From the NCBI RefSeq assembly GCF_009914755.1, contig NC_060930.1: a stretch of 64,000 nucleotides of DNA; one strand, written 5' to 3'. Source of the DNA: the human T2T-CHM13v2.0 reference genome, Homo sapiens. Below the pieces are notes generated by a model. That model ran no database searches. It worked only from the letters and a program-made list of their open reading frames with translations, and was not told the DNA's origin. Of this stretch, positions 1-12,939 are shown piece after piece. A program made the translations under genes and the position numbers. Position 1 is the stretch's first letter. Each line of letters starts with the position of its first letter.

Positions 1-3000
1 ATAGTGTTATTCAAAAGTGGACTTCAATTAGTTCTAGATCTGTATTGCAAAATATAGGGCAACCTTGGTTTTTTTAACTTAAAAATTTTTTAAACATATA
101 ATTTATATACTAAGAATTGAGAGAAAATTGAATTATATGAAATGCTTGTTTAAAACCATGAAGGGCAGAAAAAAGGTGGAAGGTGAAAACATGAACAAAG
201 AACAAGGTTAACAAGTAGAAAACAGTAACAAGTATGATAGATATTAATCCAGCTGTATCAGTAATCATTTTCAATGACAATGATCTGGACATACCAATTA
301 AAAGACAGAGATTTTCAGACACGATCAAATAATAAGGCCCAATGTTAAAGTGGGTTGTCTATAAGATATCAACTTTAAATATTAAAACACGCATAGAAAT
401 GGATGCAGAAAGGTATATTATGTTAACACTAATCAAAAGAAAGGGAATATAGCTACATTAATTTTAGATAGAGCAGACTTCAGAGTAAAGAAAGTTATAA
501 ATGAAAAAGAGGGGCATTAAATCATGCTAAAGAAGCCAATTATCCAAGAAGACGTAATAATCTTTAATGTGTATGTGACTAAAAATAGAATATCAAAAAT
601 GTCTGAGGGAAAAACTGAACTAGCCACTATTACAGAGACTTTAATGCCAATCTATCAGAAATGGACAGATCCAACAGGCAGAATATCATCAAGGACGTTA
701 AACTCAACAACACAATCAGCTGAATATAATTGAATTTATAGACTATCTGAGAACAGCAGAATACACATTCTTCTCAAGTTCACATGGAACATTCACTAAG
801 ATAGACCACATACTGGGCCATGAAACACACCCTAACAAGTTTTAAAAAAATTGTACAATTCTCTCAGACCACAATATAATTAAACTAGAAATCGGTGACA
901 GAAAAATAGCTAGAAAATCTGAAAATACTAGGAGACTAAACAACACACTTTTAAATAATACATGAGTCAAACAGAAAATCTCAAGAGAAATTTAAAAATA
1001 TTTTGAAACAAAAATGATAAAAACTCATTAAAAATGTTGGGATGCGGTGAAAGCACTGCTTGGAGGAAAATTTACAGCATTGAATGCATATATTAGAAAA
1101 ATTAAAATGATCTAAAATCAACCATCTAAGCTTCCACTTTAGGAAACTAGAAAAAGAAGAGCAAATTAAATCTAAAGTAAGCAGGAAAAAAATTAGAACA
1201 GAAATCAATAAAATTAAAAATATGAAATAGACAAAAATCAATGAAACCAAAACCTAGTTCTTTGAAGAGATCAACAAAATTGATAAGGCACTAATTAGGC
1301 AAAGAAACAGAACACAAAATACATATATCAGATATGAAAGAGAGGCTATCGTTAAGGATCCCATGCATATTAAAAGAGTAATAAATGAAAATTATGAACA
1401 ACTCTATGCCCACAAATGTAAAAGCTTACATGAAATGAAATAATTCCTTGAGAGACATATTTTTTAAAAACTCAAATGAGAAGAAAGAGACAATGTGTAT
1501 GTAAACATATCTATTAAATAAACTTAGTCAAAATAATTAATAACCTTCCAAAATAGAAAATACCAGGCCCAGAAGGGGTTCACTGGTGAATTCTACCAAA
1601 TATATAAGGAAAAAAATTGTACCATTTTATAAAATCTCTTTCAGAAGACAGAAGCAGAGGCAATACTTGTAACTCATTCTATAAGGCCAATATTACCTTA
1701 ATACCAAAAATTTACAAGAGACTTTTCAAGAAAACTACAATATATCTTATGAACATAGAGGCAAAAATTCTCCACAAGATATTAGCAAATCAAATCACAA
1801 TAATATATAATAAGAATTATACACCATGACCAAGTGGGATTTATTCAGGTATGCAAAGCTCATTCATTATTTAAAATTAATTAATGTAATCTATCATGTC
1901 AATATGCTAAACAATTTAAATGATCATATCAAAATATGCAGTAAAAACATTTGATAAAATCCAACAGTCATTCATTAAAAAAATAACCAACTCCCTGTAA
2001 AATAAGAATAGAGGGAAATTTATTCAACTTGATAAAGAATATTTACAAAAAGTATACAGCTGACATCATGCTTCATAGTCAGAAACTAGAATTATTTTCA
2101 CTAAGAACAAGAGTAAGTTAAGGATGTTCCATCTCTTACCACCCTTTTCAACATATTACTGGAAGTCCTAGATAGTGCATGAAAGCAAGAATGGAAAATA
2201 AAAGATATTCTGACTGGGAAGAAGAAAATTAAACTTTTTTCACAGACGGCATGATCATCAATGTAGAAAATCCAAAAGAACTGTCAACAAAACTTAAGTT
2301 GGAACTAATAAGTGACTATAGTAAAGTTGCAGAATGTAAGGTTAATATTAAAAAGTTGATTGTTTTCCTATACACCATGATAAGTGGAATTTGACATTAA
2401 AAACTCAATGCCATTTATACTAGCATGCCTCAAAAAATACTTAGGTATGAATCTAACAAGATATATATAAGATCTACATGGGAAAAACTAAAAAACTCTG
2501 ATGAAATAAATCAAAGAATAATTAAATAAATGGAGAGACATTCCATGTTCATGAGTAGGAAAACTCAATATTGTCAATATGTCATTTTTTTCCTAGTTTG
2601 AGCTATAGATTCAAGAAATCCCTATCATCAAAATCCTATCAAGTTATTTTGTGGATATTCAAAAACTTACTCTGAAGTTTATATGAAAAGACATACAAAG
2701 AATAGCCAGAATACCCATGAGGATATGTAAGGAATAAACAATTAGTTTGGAGGAATAAAGCTACCTGACTTCAAGACTTACTATGAAGCTGCAGTAATGA
2801 AGACACTGTAGTATTGGTGAAAGCATAGACAAATAGGTCAGTGAAACAGAGGAGAGAGTCCAGGAATTGACATATAGTCAAGTAATTTTTGAAAAAGGAG
2901 CAAATGCAATGCAAAGAAGGAAAACTAGCCTTTGTAACAAAGGTGATAAGATATCCACATGTAAAAATAAAACAAATCTATACTCAGATTTTATAACCTA

Positions 3001-4300
3001 TTAATTCAAAATGAATCTGGATGTAAATTTAAAATAGAAAACTATAAAACTCCTAGAAGATAAAACAGGAGAAAATCTAGATGACCTTGGGTTTTGTGAT
3101 AACTTTTTAGATATAATACCAAAATCTAGAATTGACAAGTTAGATTTTATTAAAATTAAAAATATCTTTTTCGTGAAAGACACTATCAAGAGAGTGAAAA
3201 GACAAACCACAGACTGTGAGGAAATATTTGTAAAAGACACATCTGATTAAGAACTGTTATCCAAAATATACAAAGAACCCTTGAAACTCAATAAGAAAAA
3301 AAAAAAAACTTGATTTTAAAAATGGGCCAAGCAGCTTAACAAGCACCAGACCCAAAAATATATACAGATGGCAAATAAATATAGAAAATGATGCCTCACA
3401 TCATATGTCATCAGGGAAATGAAAATTAAAGCAATGAGATTCCACTACACACTTACTTGAATGGTCAAAATCCAGAACACTAGCAACACCAAAAATGCTG
3501 GTGAGAATGTGGAGTGACAGGATCTCTCCTTCATTGATAATGGGAATGTAAAATGCTATACACACTTTGAAAGACTTTTGGTCAGTTTCTCACAAAACTA
3601 AACATACTCACAAGCCAGGAATTGCACTCCTTGATATTTACCCAGAGGAGTTGAAAACTTATGTCTACACAAAAACCTGTGCATAAATATTTATAGCAAC
3701 TTTATTTATAATTACCAAAACTTTAAAGCAACCAAGATGCCCTTCAGTAGGTTAATGGTGGTAAACCCAGACAATGGATAATTATAGAGCACTAAAAAAA
3801 AAAATAATAAGCTATCAAGCCAGGAAAAGACATGAAGGAAACATAAATGCATATTACTAAACGAAAGAAGCCAATTGAAAAGGCTGTATAGTGTACGAGT
3901 CCAGCTACATGACATTCTGGAAAAGGCAAAACTATGGATACAGTAAAAAAGATAGGCAGTTGCCAGGGATTAGAAAGAGAGAGATATGAATAGCCAGAGC
4001 ACAGAGGATTTTTAGGGCAGTAAAATTATTCTGTAGGATATGATCATGATTGATACATGTGTCCAATCTATAGACTGTTCAAAGGTGAACCCTAATGCAA
4101 GCTATAGAGTTTGTATGATAATGAGGTGTCAATGTAGGTTCATGAATTATAATAAATGTACCACTCTGTGGGGGATGTTGATAATAGGGATGGCTATGCC
4201 TGTGTGGGGCAGAGTCTGTATGGGAAATCTTAGTATTTTCTACTCAATTTTGATGTGAAACTAGAACTGTTCTGAAAAATATAAAGTCTAATTTTTAAAA
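1..4300 (+). mobile_element. Old L1 (L1MC-type): degenerate ORF2 (EN-RT-C-terminal) and 3' UTR
   Basis: Colinear L1 ORF2 motifs (acacattcttctcaag, ttctataaggccaatattaccttaatacc, ccatgttcatg). The 3' UTR text 'gtgtcaatgtaggttcatgaattataataaatgtaccactctg...' is typical of L1MC. Many stops. Confidence 0.9.
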
Positions 4301-4644
4301 AAGATTTTTGGCAGTGAGTTAATAAACTCTATCTCACATGATGTTTTCAGTAGTGATGGATAACATAGAGGCTATTGAGGTGTACATCGCTGGCTGAACT
4401 TCAAGACACATATCTTAATTTCTGAATGAAATGTTAGAATACTGGCACCAATTCTCATTTCTCTAACATATCCTAAGACCACTTGTTAGTGGGTGTTCGT
4501 GGTTCTAGCAGAGTCTGATTCTGCATTGGCATTCAATGAGTCAGTTAATGTAATTATTTTATATGCTTGCATTTTGGTGTGGTTCAAGCATAGGAAATTT
4601 TATATTAAAAAATGTGTCCAATAAACTTTTTTTTATCATAGAAG

Positions 4645-5620
4645 TTTCTGAGAAAGACGAGCAAAGAGGAGGACTCATCTTACCACTTTTTAAGTCATAC
4701 TTGCTATAGTAACAAAAAGTATGGTGGTATTGGTAGAGAAGCTGACACACAGAACCAAGCAAAAATAAGAATACCCAGAAACAAATTTATAGTTGATTAG
4801 GTTAGAGTTATGTGATTATGGTGACAATACAGATCAATGGAGGAATGGATTAATGTTTTAATTGATTGAATTGGTATACTGGCTCTCTAAGTGTAACAGC
4901 CCCAGACAAATCTGGCTCAACTTTTATGTAACAAAGTTGTGAGTTGTTTTTCAGTTACCATGGTCCCTTAGTTTGAGGATCACCTACCCTGAGCATGCCC
5001 AGATAAACCAAACCTACAATCAAAGGTGCAACTTAAGTGTACAGACTGAGGAATGAGGACTGAATTAAGAAATGGACACTGCATGGCAGGATCCAGGATT
5101 CAATTAGATTGAGCCCTAGTCTTACCTCTTGGCAGGATCCAGTAAGGTCATGCCTCCCAGCATTACCTCATTGCAAGATCCAGTCAGATCACACCTCATT
5201 ACCCTATCATATAAAACCTGACCCAATCCCCAGCTCAGGGAGATAGGTTTGAGCATTTCCTCCTGTCTCCTTGCCAGTCAATTTGTAGTAAAGCCTTTTC
5301 TTTTCCCAAAAACTGGTGCCATGGTATTGGCTTCCATGTGCATTGGGCAGCAAGATATGGACTGCTCATTAACATATATAAAAAAAGAAGTTGAACCCTA
5401 TTTCAAACAACATAGAAGAGTAAATTCCAAATCAATTAAAAAAATCTAAATGGGAAAGTAAAACTATAATATAAATAGAAAAAATGTAGAAGATCTTTGT
5501 GATCTTGGGGTAGAAATTTCTTCAATAAAATGCAAAAGTACACACCAAAAGACCAAAAAAAAATCACTAATTTGACTACATCAAAATTAGTCATTTCTAT
5601 TCAGTGAAAAACCATAGATA
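4645..5620 (+). mobile_element. Ancient L1 (L1ME-like) ORF2 fragment interrupted by an LTR
   Basis: L1 ORF2 3' text ('ggaggactcatcttacc', 'gtatggtggtattgg') resumes in register after 5375 ('aagttgaaccctatttc...gtaaaactata'). Confidence 0.7.
4892..5374 (+). mobile_element. Solo ERV LTR (subfamily not assigned)
   Basis: TG...CA termini, about 480 bp, internal 'ggcaggatccag' repeats, TATA-like 'tataaaa' and polyA-like 'agtaaa'. Confidence 0.75.
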
Positions 5621-5702
5621 AAGTCAGAGAAATACAGATAGGGTTCTACTTTTCTCCATAAAACGAACACAGATTTTTTAACGTTCAGTAATACCAAGTT
5701 TT

Positions 5703-7850
5703 GAAGTCTCCCACTATTATCGTGTTGCTGTCTATCTAATTTCTTAGGTCTATTAGTAATTGTTTTATAAATTTGGGAACTCTAGTGTTAGGTGCACATA
5801 TGTTTAGGATTGTGATATTTTCCTGTTGGACAAGGCCTTTTACCATTATATACTGTCCCTCTTAGTCTCTTTTAACTGCTGTTGCTTTAAGGTTTGTTTT
5901 GTCTGATACAAGAATAGTTACTCCTGCTGGCTTTTGGTGTCCATTTGCATGAAATGCTTTTTTCTACCCCTTTGCTTTAAGTTTGTGTGAGTCTTTATGT
6001 GTTAGATGAGTCTCCTGAAGGCAGCAGATAATTGGTTGGTGAGTTCTTATCCGTTTAGCAGTTCTGTATCTTTTAAGTGGAGCATTTAGGCCATTTACAT
6101 TCAATGTTAATATTAAATTTGAGGTACTGTTGCTTTCATCATGCTCTTTGTTGCCTGTGTAGTTTGACTTTTTTGTTTGTTTTTGCTTTTTAACTTGTAT
6201 TTTTGTTTTATAGGTCGTGTGTGATTTATCTTTTAAAGAGGTTCTGTTTTGATGTGTTTCCAGGATTTGTTTCAAGACTTAGAGCTCCTGTTAGCAGTTC
6301 TTGTAGTGGTGGTTTGGTAATAGAGAATTCTCCCAGTATTTGTTTGTCTGAAAATGACTCTGTCTTTCCTTCATACATGATGCTTGGTTTCCCTGGGTAC
6401 AAAATTCTTGGCTGATAATTGTTTTGTTTGAGGAGGCTGAAGATAGGTCCCCAATGCCCTCTAGCTTGTAGGGTTTCTGCTGAGAAATCCTCAATTATTC
6501 CCCTGAACCTGTTTTCCAGGCTTTTAGAAATCTCTTCTTCCTCAGGTACATCAGTTATTCTTAGGTTTGGTTGTTTAACATAATCCCAGACTTCTTGGAG
6601 GCTTTGTTTATATTTTCTTTTACTTTCTTCTTTGTCTTTGTTGAATTGGGTTAATTCGAAGACCTTGTCTTTGAGCTCTGAATTTCTTTCTTCTACTTAT
6701 TCAATTATATGGCTGAGACTTTCCAGAGCATTTCGCATTTCTAAAAGTGTGTCCAAAGTTTCCTGAATTTTTCATTGTTTGTCTTTAAGCTATCTACTTC
6801 CATGAATATTTCTTCCTTCACTTCTTGTATCATTTTTTGGATTTCCTTGCATTGGGCTTTGCCTTTCTCTGGTCCTTCCCTGATTAGCTTAATAACTAAC
6901 TTCCTGACTTCTTTTTCAGGTAAATCAGGGATTTCTTCTTCGTTTGCATCCATTGCTGGTGAAGAAGTGTGATTTTTGGGCGGTGTTGACGAGCCTTGTT
7001 TTGTCATATTACCAGGGTTGATTTTCTGGTTCCTTCTTATTTGGGTAGGCTCTGTTAGAGGGAAAGTCTAGTGCTGAAGGCTGTTGTTCAGATTCTTTTG
7101 TCCCATGGGGTGTTCTCTTGATGTAGTACTCTCCCCCTTTTCTTATGGATGTGGCCTCCTGTGAGTTGAACTGCAGTGATTGTTGTCTTTCTTGTGGGTC
7201 TAGCCATCCAGTGAGACTACCCAGCTCTGGGCTGGTACTGGGGGTTGCCTGCACAGAGTCCTGTGATGTGAACCATCTATGAGTCTCTCAGCCAGGGATA
7301 CCAGAGCATGTTGGGTGGAAGTGGCGGAGGGTGCAATAGACTCCTTGAGAGTTTTTAGCTTTAGTGATTTAGTGCTCTATTTTTGTGCTGGTTGGCTTCC
7401 TGCCAAGAGATGGCACTTTCCAGAAAGCATCAGCTATAGTAGTGTGGAGAGGGAGCGGTGGTGGGTGGTGCCCTAGAACTCCCAAGATTACATGCCCTTT
7501 GTCTTCCACTACCAAGGTGGAGAGGGAAGGACCATGAAGTGGGGGTGGGGCTAGCCATGTCTTCTTAGGTGGGTCTTGCTGCAGCTGCTGTGGGGGATGG
7601 GGGTGAGACTCCTGGGTCACTGGAGTTATATACCTAGGAGGATTATGTCTGCCTCTGCGGAGTCAAGGAGGTTGCCGGGAAAGTGGTGGAAAGTGGGCAG
7701 TCACAGGCCTCACCCAGCTCCCATGCAAACTGAAGGGCTATCTGACTCCCACCATGTCCCCACCAAGAGCCCAGAGTCTGTTTCCAGGTGGAGAGTGAGA
7801 GGGGCTTGCTGGAGGCTATTTGCCTCCCAGCTGTGAAAGAAAAGGGCTTA
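5703..7850 (-). mobile_element. Inverted 5' part (5' UTR, ORF1, start of ORF2 EN) of an L1PB-type element
   Basis: Minus-strand ORFs give L1 ORF1 (MTKQGSSTPPKNHTSSPAMD...) and EN (LTLNVNGLNAPLKR...ICCLQETHL). Confidence 0.9.
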
Positions 7851-9077
7851 CTCGAGATGGATTAGAAACTTAAACTTAAGACTTGAAACTATAAACGTTC
7901 TAGAAGATAACAGTGGGAAAAAATCCTTCTAGATATTGGCTTAGGCAAGGATTCCATAACCAAGAACCCAAAAGCAAATGCAATAAAAACAGATAAATAG
8001 CTGGGACCTAGTTAAACTAAAGAGATTTTGCAAGGCAAAAGGAACAGTCAACAGAGTAAACAGACAACCCACAGAGCGGGAGAAATATCTTCACAATCTA
8101 TACATCTGACAAAGGACTACTATCCAGAATCTACAAGGAACTCAAAGAAATCAGTGAGCAAAAAACAATCCCATCAAAAAGTGGGCTAAGGTTATGAATA
8201 GATAATTCTCAAAAGAAGATATACAAATGGCCAAAAAAAAAAAAGAAAAAATGCTCAACATCACTAATGATCAGGGAAATGCAAATCAAAACCACAATGT
8301 GATACCATCTTACTCCTGCAAGAATGCCCATAATAAAAAAAATGAAAAACAATAGATGTTGGCATGGATGCGGTGAACAGGGAACACTTCTACACTGCTG
8401 GTGGGAATGTAAACTAGTACAGCCACTATGGAAAACACTGGAGATTTCTTAAAGAACTGAAAGTAGGACTGGCATTTGATTCAGCAATCCCACTACTGGG
8501 TATCTACCCAGAGGAAAAGAAGTCATCATTTGAAAAAGATACTTGCACAAACATGTTTATAGCAACACAATTCACCATTGCAAAATCGTGGAACCAACCC
8601 AAATACCCATCAATCAAAGAGTGGATAAAGAAACTGTGATATATATACATATATATATGCATATATGTATATATACATATACATATGCATATATGTATAC
8701 ATACATATACATATGCATATATGTATACATACATATACATGTATATATGTATGTGTATATATACATATATACATATATATGTGTATATATGTAAATATAT
8801 GTATATGTATATATCTGTATATATACATATATATAAACTGTGATATATATATTCCATCATATATATACATATATATTCCGTCATATATATATACATATAT
8901 ATTCCATCATATATATACACATATATATTCCGTCATATATATACACATATATATTCCGTCATATATATATACATATATATTCCGTCATATATATATATAC
9001 ACACACATATATATTCCCTCATATATATATATGTATATATATATATATACACACACATATATATTCCCTCATATATA

Positions 9078-9124
<47 letters not shown>

Positions 9125-9501
9125 GATGGAATACTACAGAGCCATTAAAAGGAATGAATTAGCAGCATTTGCATTTGCAGTGACCTGGATGAGATTGGAG
9201 ACTATTATTCTAAGTGACGTAACTCAGGAATGGAAAACCAAACATTGTATGTTCTCACTGATATATGGGAGCTAAACGATGAGGATGCAAAGGCATAAGA
9301 ATGATACAATGGACTTTGGGGACTTGTGGGGAAGAGTGGGAGGGGGATGAGGGATAAAAGACTACAAATATGGTGCCGTGTATACTGCTCAGGTGATGGA
9401 TGTGCCAAAGTCTCACAAATCACCACTAAAGAACTTATGTAACCAAATACCACCTGTATCCCAATAACTTATGGAAAAATAAATAAATAAAAAACAAAAA
9501 T
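7851..9501 (+). mobile_element. 3' part of the same L1PB-type element with A-rich tail
   Basis: ORF2 C-terminus and L1PB-type 3' UTR. The whole element has a 16-bp TSD: agtaataccaagtttt (5687-5702) vs aataatactaagtttt (9502-9517). Confidence 0.9.
8639..9125. repeat. (TA/CA)-rich micro/minisatellite inside the L1
   Basis: About 490 bp of TA/TACA repeats, including ~26-34 bp units 'tatattcc(a/g/c)tcatatatatacacata'. Confidence 0.95.
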
Positions 9502-10066
9502 AATAATACTAAGTTTTTTAATGTGAGAAAATAAAAACCTTCACAAATTAATAATAAACATGTCAATAAGTGCAGCCTTTCTAAAGAATGGCATAGCAGC
9601 ATATTCCCTTTGACCCTGTGCTCCCTCTTCTTACTATGTCCCGGAGATTCTCTCCCACCAGTCCATGAGATGTGGATATGGATGTTCAGTGGAGCAGCTT
9701 CTGGGGGTGTTTGGAAGAACCTCATGTGGTGAAAATATATCACAGCACACTATATAGCAACCAAAAGCACTAGAGTTGATGTGCATGTGTGCGTGTGTGT
9801 GTGTGTGTGTTATATTTCGTTATGACCAGGTCCCAAATACATGGTGTTGAGTAGGAAAAAAGTGAAAAAGAAAAGGAGACTACAGAATATTTGCAAAACA
9901 AAGTAACATACTACAAATAATATATTCATACTGAAGCTATATATTAAGCACATTAAACTTGTTCCTATGGGTGATGGGGAGCCACAAGGAGAGGAAGAAG
10001 TGGAAACACTTATAGCCTCAGATAAACACACCAATGGTAACAGTGTGCCTTGAACTGAGGATTAGA

Positions 10067-10129
10067 ATTATTGCAGTTTTTGCCATTAAAAGTATGGCAA
10101 AAACTTCAATTACTTTTTCACCAACCTAA
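10067..10129. mobile_element. MADE1 mariner MITE (one end truncated)
   Basis: Palindromic 'attgcagtttttgccatt...atggcaaaaacttcaattactttttcaccaacctaa' matches MADE1. Confidence 0.85.
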
Positions 10130-10534
10130 TAGCTAAATTATATAAAATGAACTTCTTAAAACAAACAAACAAAAAAAACTAAAACAAAATGTACTTCAGT
10201 AAGTTGAATAGATAAGGATATTACATTTATTCTTTGTTAATGATTTTTTTAAAAATCTCCTTAACATGAATATATTAAAAAAGAAAGATCACTAATAGAG
10301 TATGTGAAAAGTGGCAGAAATAGCAAATAAGAAATGACAATACAATAGTGTTTGATCTGATAATACAATGACATAGATAAACATTCGAAGATGGTACATG
10401 ATAACAGCCATGTCTGAAAGAGCAGGAAGAAATGCAATGCAGAGTGGTGGGAAAACATTGGCAGAAAATGTTCAAACACAAGCAGATATGACCCAGAATT
10501 CTAAGTCTGAGTTGGCCTTGCATACGTTCCCTGA

Positions 10535-10622
10535 GGAAGACTGATGGAAAATTCTTATCACATCAATATTTTTAAATTGCTTGAACCCCAAAATTTCATT
10601 TTGTGCATGACATCTTACATAG
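10535..10622 (+). pseudogene. Pseudo-exon, module 1 N-terminus (5' boundary uncertain)
   Basis: ...HINIFKLLEPQNFILCMTSYI-G|gtaggt, phase 1. Compare GLD2 'EIQLLFPQSRLFLVGS'. Confidence 0.55.
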
Positions 10623-10809
10623 GTAGGTAAACTTTCTGACCTTCCAAAATTTATTCTAATTTCATATAACTCTTATTGTTTCTAATCCAGTGATTATGAG
10701 TTGCCCTCTTATGTGGCCTGGAACTCTTTGGAGTCTGTGAAGTCTTTGGACCCCTTCTCAGAATAATTTTCATCAAAATCGATTGTTCATTTGTTAATAT
10801 TATTAATAG

Positions 10810-10885
10810 GCTCTGCTATCATTTGTGATTCTCAGCATGAAGACAGTGATAGGCACTGGATATTTGTAGACAAATACAGGTTTCT
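10810..10885 (+). pseudogene. Pseudo-exon, module 1 catalytic motif
   Basis: taatag|(G)SAIICDSQHEDSDRHWIFVDKYRF-CT|gtaagt. GS-x11-D-R-H; CAC is one change from GAC (DxD). Confidence 0.7.
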
Positions 10886-10938
10886 GTAAGTGCTTCAGCA
10901 GCATCTCCTCATGCTCATGAGTCTCACTGACTACCCTT

Positions 10939-10951
10939 GTTGCCTAGCAAC
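10939..10951. promoter_or_regulatory. RFX X-box motif
   Basis: GTTGCCTAGCAAC fits the GTTRCC(N0-3)RGYAAC consensus. Confidence 0.45.
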
Positions 10952-11120
10952 AGCACTTTATCACAGACGACCTAATAGTCAAATGAATTGGAAGAGTCAG
11001 AAATTGAAAATGTAAAGTACAGTAGTTATTTGTCTAAATTGAGATTTGCCTGGTGTTCTATAACTTGTGAAAAATATTGGTCCTGGGAGTATTTTTTATT
11101 GTTTATAACCCCATTAACAG

Positions 11121-11171
11121 GAGAAGCAGTATATCAGTGAACTCTGCTGTACCAATTCTATCCATTTATAG
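11121..11171 (+). pseudogene. Pseudo-exon, module 1 VPI strand
   Basis: taacag|(L)RSSISVNSAVPILSIY-AG|gtggga. In phase with the previous exon and open; compare 'A(T/K)VPI(I/V)K'. Confidence 0.7.
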
Positions 11172-11544
11172 GTGGGAATGATCTCAGGCAACGTGAGGCA
11201 ATTGCTTGGTGTGCTTTATCCTATGCAGGTTCACAGAAAGAGTCAAAAATAATCATCTGAAAAGTGTTTCAAGGAGTCCAGCTTCAAATGTTCTCTTCTA
11301 CCATAAAATTTAATTATATTTTGAAGCAATCTGGTCACTTATAGCTAAGACACAAGAAAACATTTCCTTCTTCTTTTTCCTCCCCTTTTCTCCCACTGTT
11401 TCTTCATTCTACCAGTTAGTTGGTTAGTCTTTAATCCTTGCATAATATTAGATGCAAAAAATGAGAGGAATGAGAAATGAGTAACAACTATGTTCTCCAT
11501 CCTCTTTTTTTATGCTTTTATGCCTCTTCTCTTTTCATAATTAG

Positions 11545-11940
11545 CAATCTGAGAGACAGACATCAATGAAATTTAAGAAATGCATGCATAGTGCTCTTTC
11601 GGGATAGCACACAGTCTGATAAAATTTCTAATTTCAATAACATAGTTTCAGGAGAGAGCCGCTTGATTCTACAAACTTATCATATTTTCATTGTGATATT
11701 TTAATGAAATTAAATCTTATTCATGGAATTTAAATTACCAATATCCCACTGTTTTCCACTCCAAATCTATCCTTTCAGCACTCTTAGAAGTCTGTCTCTC
11801 ATGTACTTTTATACACCATTTCATTTCTGCCTTTGCTATTATTCTCTTTCATCATAATCATGTTATTGACAACAAAGAGGGCTTTTTAAAATTTTCTCTC
11901 TTCAAATTCCTTTTTCTTCTTCACTCTATTTTAAATGAAT
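11545..11940 (+). pseudogene. Pseudo-exon, module 1 NTase end and central domain (3' end approximate)
   Basis: IVLFRDSTQSDKISNFNNIVSGESRLILQTY (compare GLD2 'VKFRD...DLNVNNIVGIRNTFLLRTY'). After a frameshift, FHHNHVIDNKEGFL (compare 'SHHQINDASRGTL'). Confidence 0.65.
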
Positions 11941-12696
11941 GTATAAATTCATAAAACCACTATGCAATGTGTTTGCTTAGTGTACTTCATAAAGTGACTC
12001 TGGATCTTTAAGTATCCCCAAAGTGTGCCTACATTTTATATAACATGAAATATAAAACTTAGACTTTTAAAAGAGAGGTGAGATTTGATCCATGGGTTGA
12101 TTAATCTGCCATAATGAGCTGTGCAATGCCAACTTTTCACAGCACTACTAATCCACAACTATGCAATGTTATACTTGAAAGAAAGTATGTGTCCCTATAG
12201 AGTATAGGTTTTCATTTAAAACTCCATGGTCATCTTACCATTGAGCTTGAAAGATCAACTTGCAGTTGTTTCAAATCTAGCCACAAAGCCGTATTTGTTG
12301 ATTCTGTGCTCTCTTGCTCTCTTTCTCTCTCCGCACACATAAACACAAGTTCCTTTAATCTATTCTTATTTTCCACTTACTGCCTTTGCCTTAAAGTTTT
12401 GAAGAGTTCTACATATTATTTTCTAATGAGTTACCAAAATGCTTAGGAAGAAAAGTATAGCATTCTTTGTTTTTGTCTTGTTCTTCTGCCTTTACATTTC
12501 TACTTGCCGTACAATTTCAATTACTTTAAGATTTTTATTTTGTCTTCATAAAGTTACATTTTTCCAGACTATAGGCACACTGTATAATTTTCATCAATTT
12601 TTTACCTCAAAATGATGACAAACTCTTTTCATTAACATTTTTGCCCTAAGATGTCTTTATTATATTTTATAATGCAAGCCATTTTTTTTTCTTTAG

Positions 12697-12939
12697 CTTG
12701 TTGAAAAGAGCTCTACTTTGAGCCTATTTGTTTTTCTACGAGCATTTTCAGCAAAATCCACTCAGTTGGAGGGACAAATAATTTATCAATTACAGCATGT
12801 TCTAAATGTTGTTAGAAATTTTGTTATTTAAGAATATAGTTATATGTTGCTCATGCTTTAAAAAATGGACTAAAAAGTCACAGTATTGTGAAATTATAGG
12901 ATTGTTTGAGGATTTCTAATTGCTCTTTTCTTTAGATAG
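12697..12939 (+). pseudogene. Pseudo-exon, module 1 PAP-associated domain
   Basis: ctttag|LLKRALL*AYLFFYEHFQQNPLSWRD...CFKKWTKKSQYCEIIGLFEDF*LLFSLD-AG|gtatga. Compare TUT7 'FKKQWTSKYIVIEDPFDL'. Confidence 0.65.

Noticed and set aside
8504-9275. Long Y/I/H/M-rich ORFs on both strands (also 16869-17410)
   Set aside because: Translations of TA/CA microsatellites, which lack stop codons by construction.
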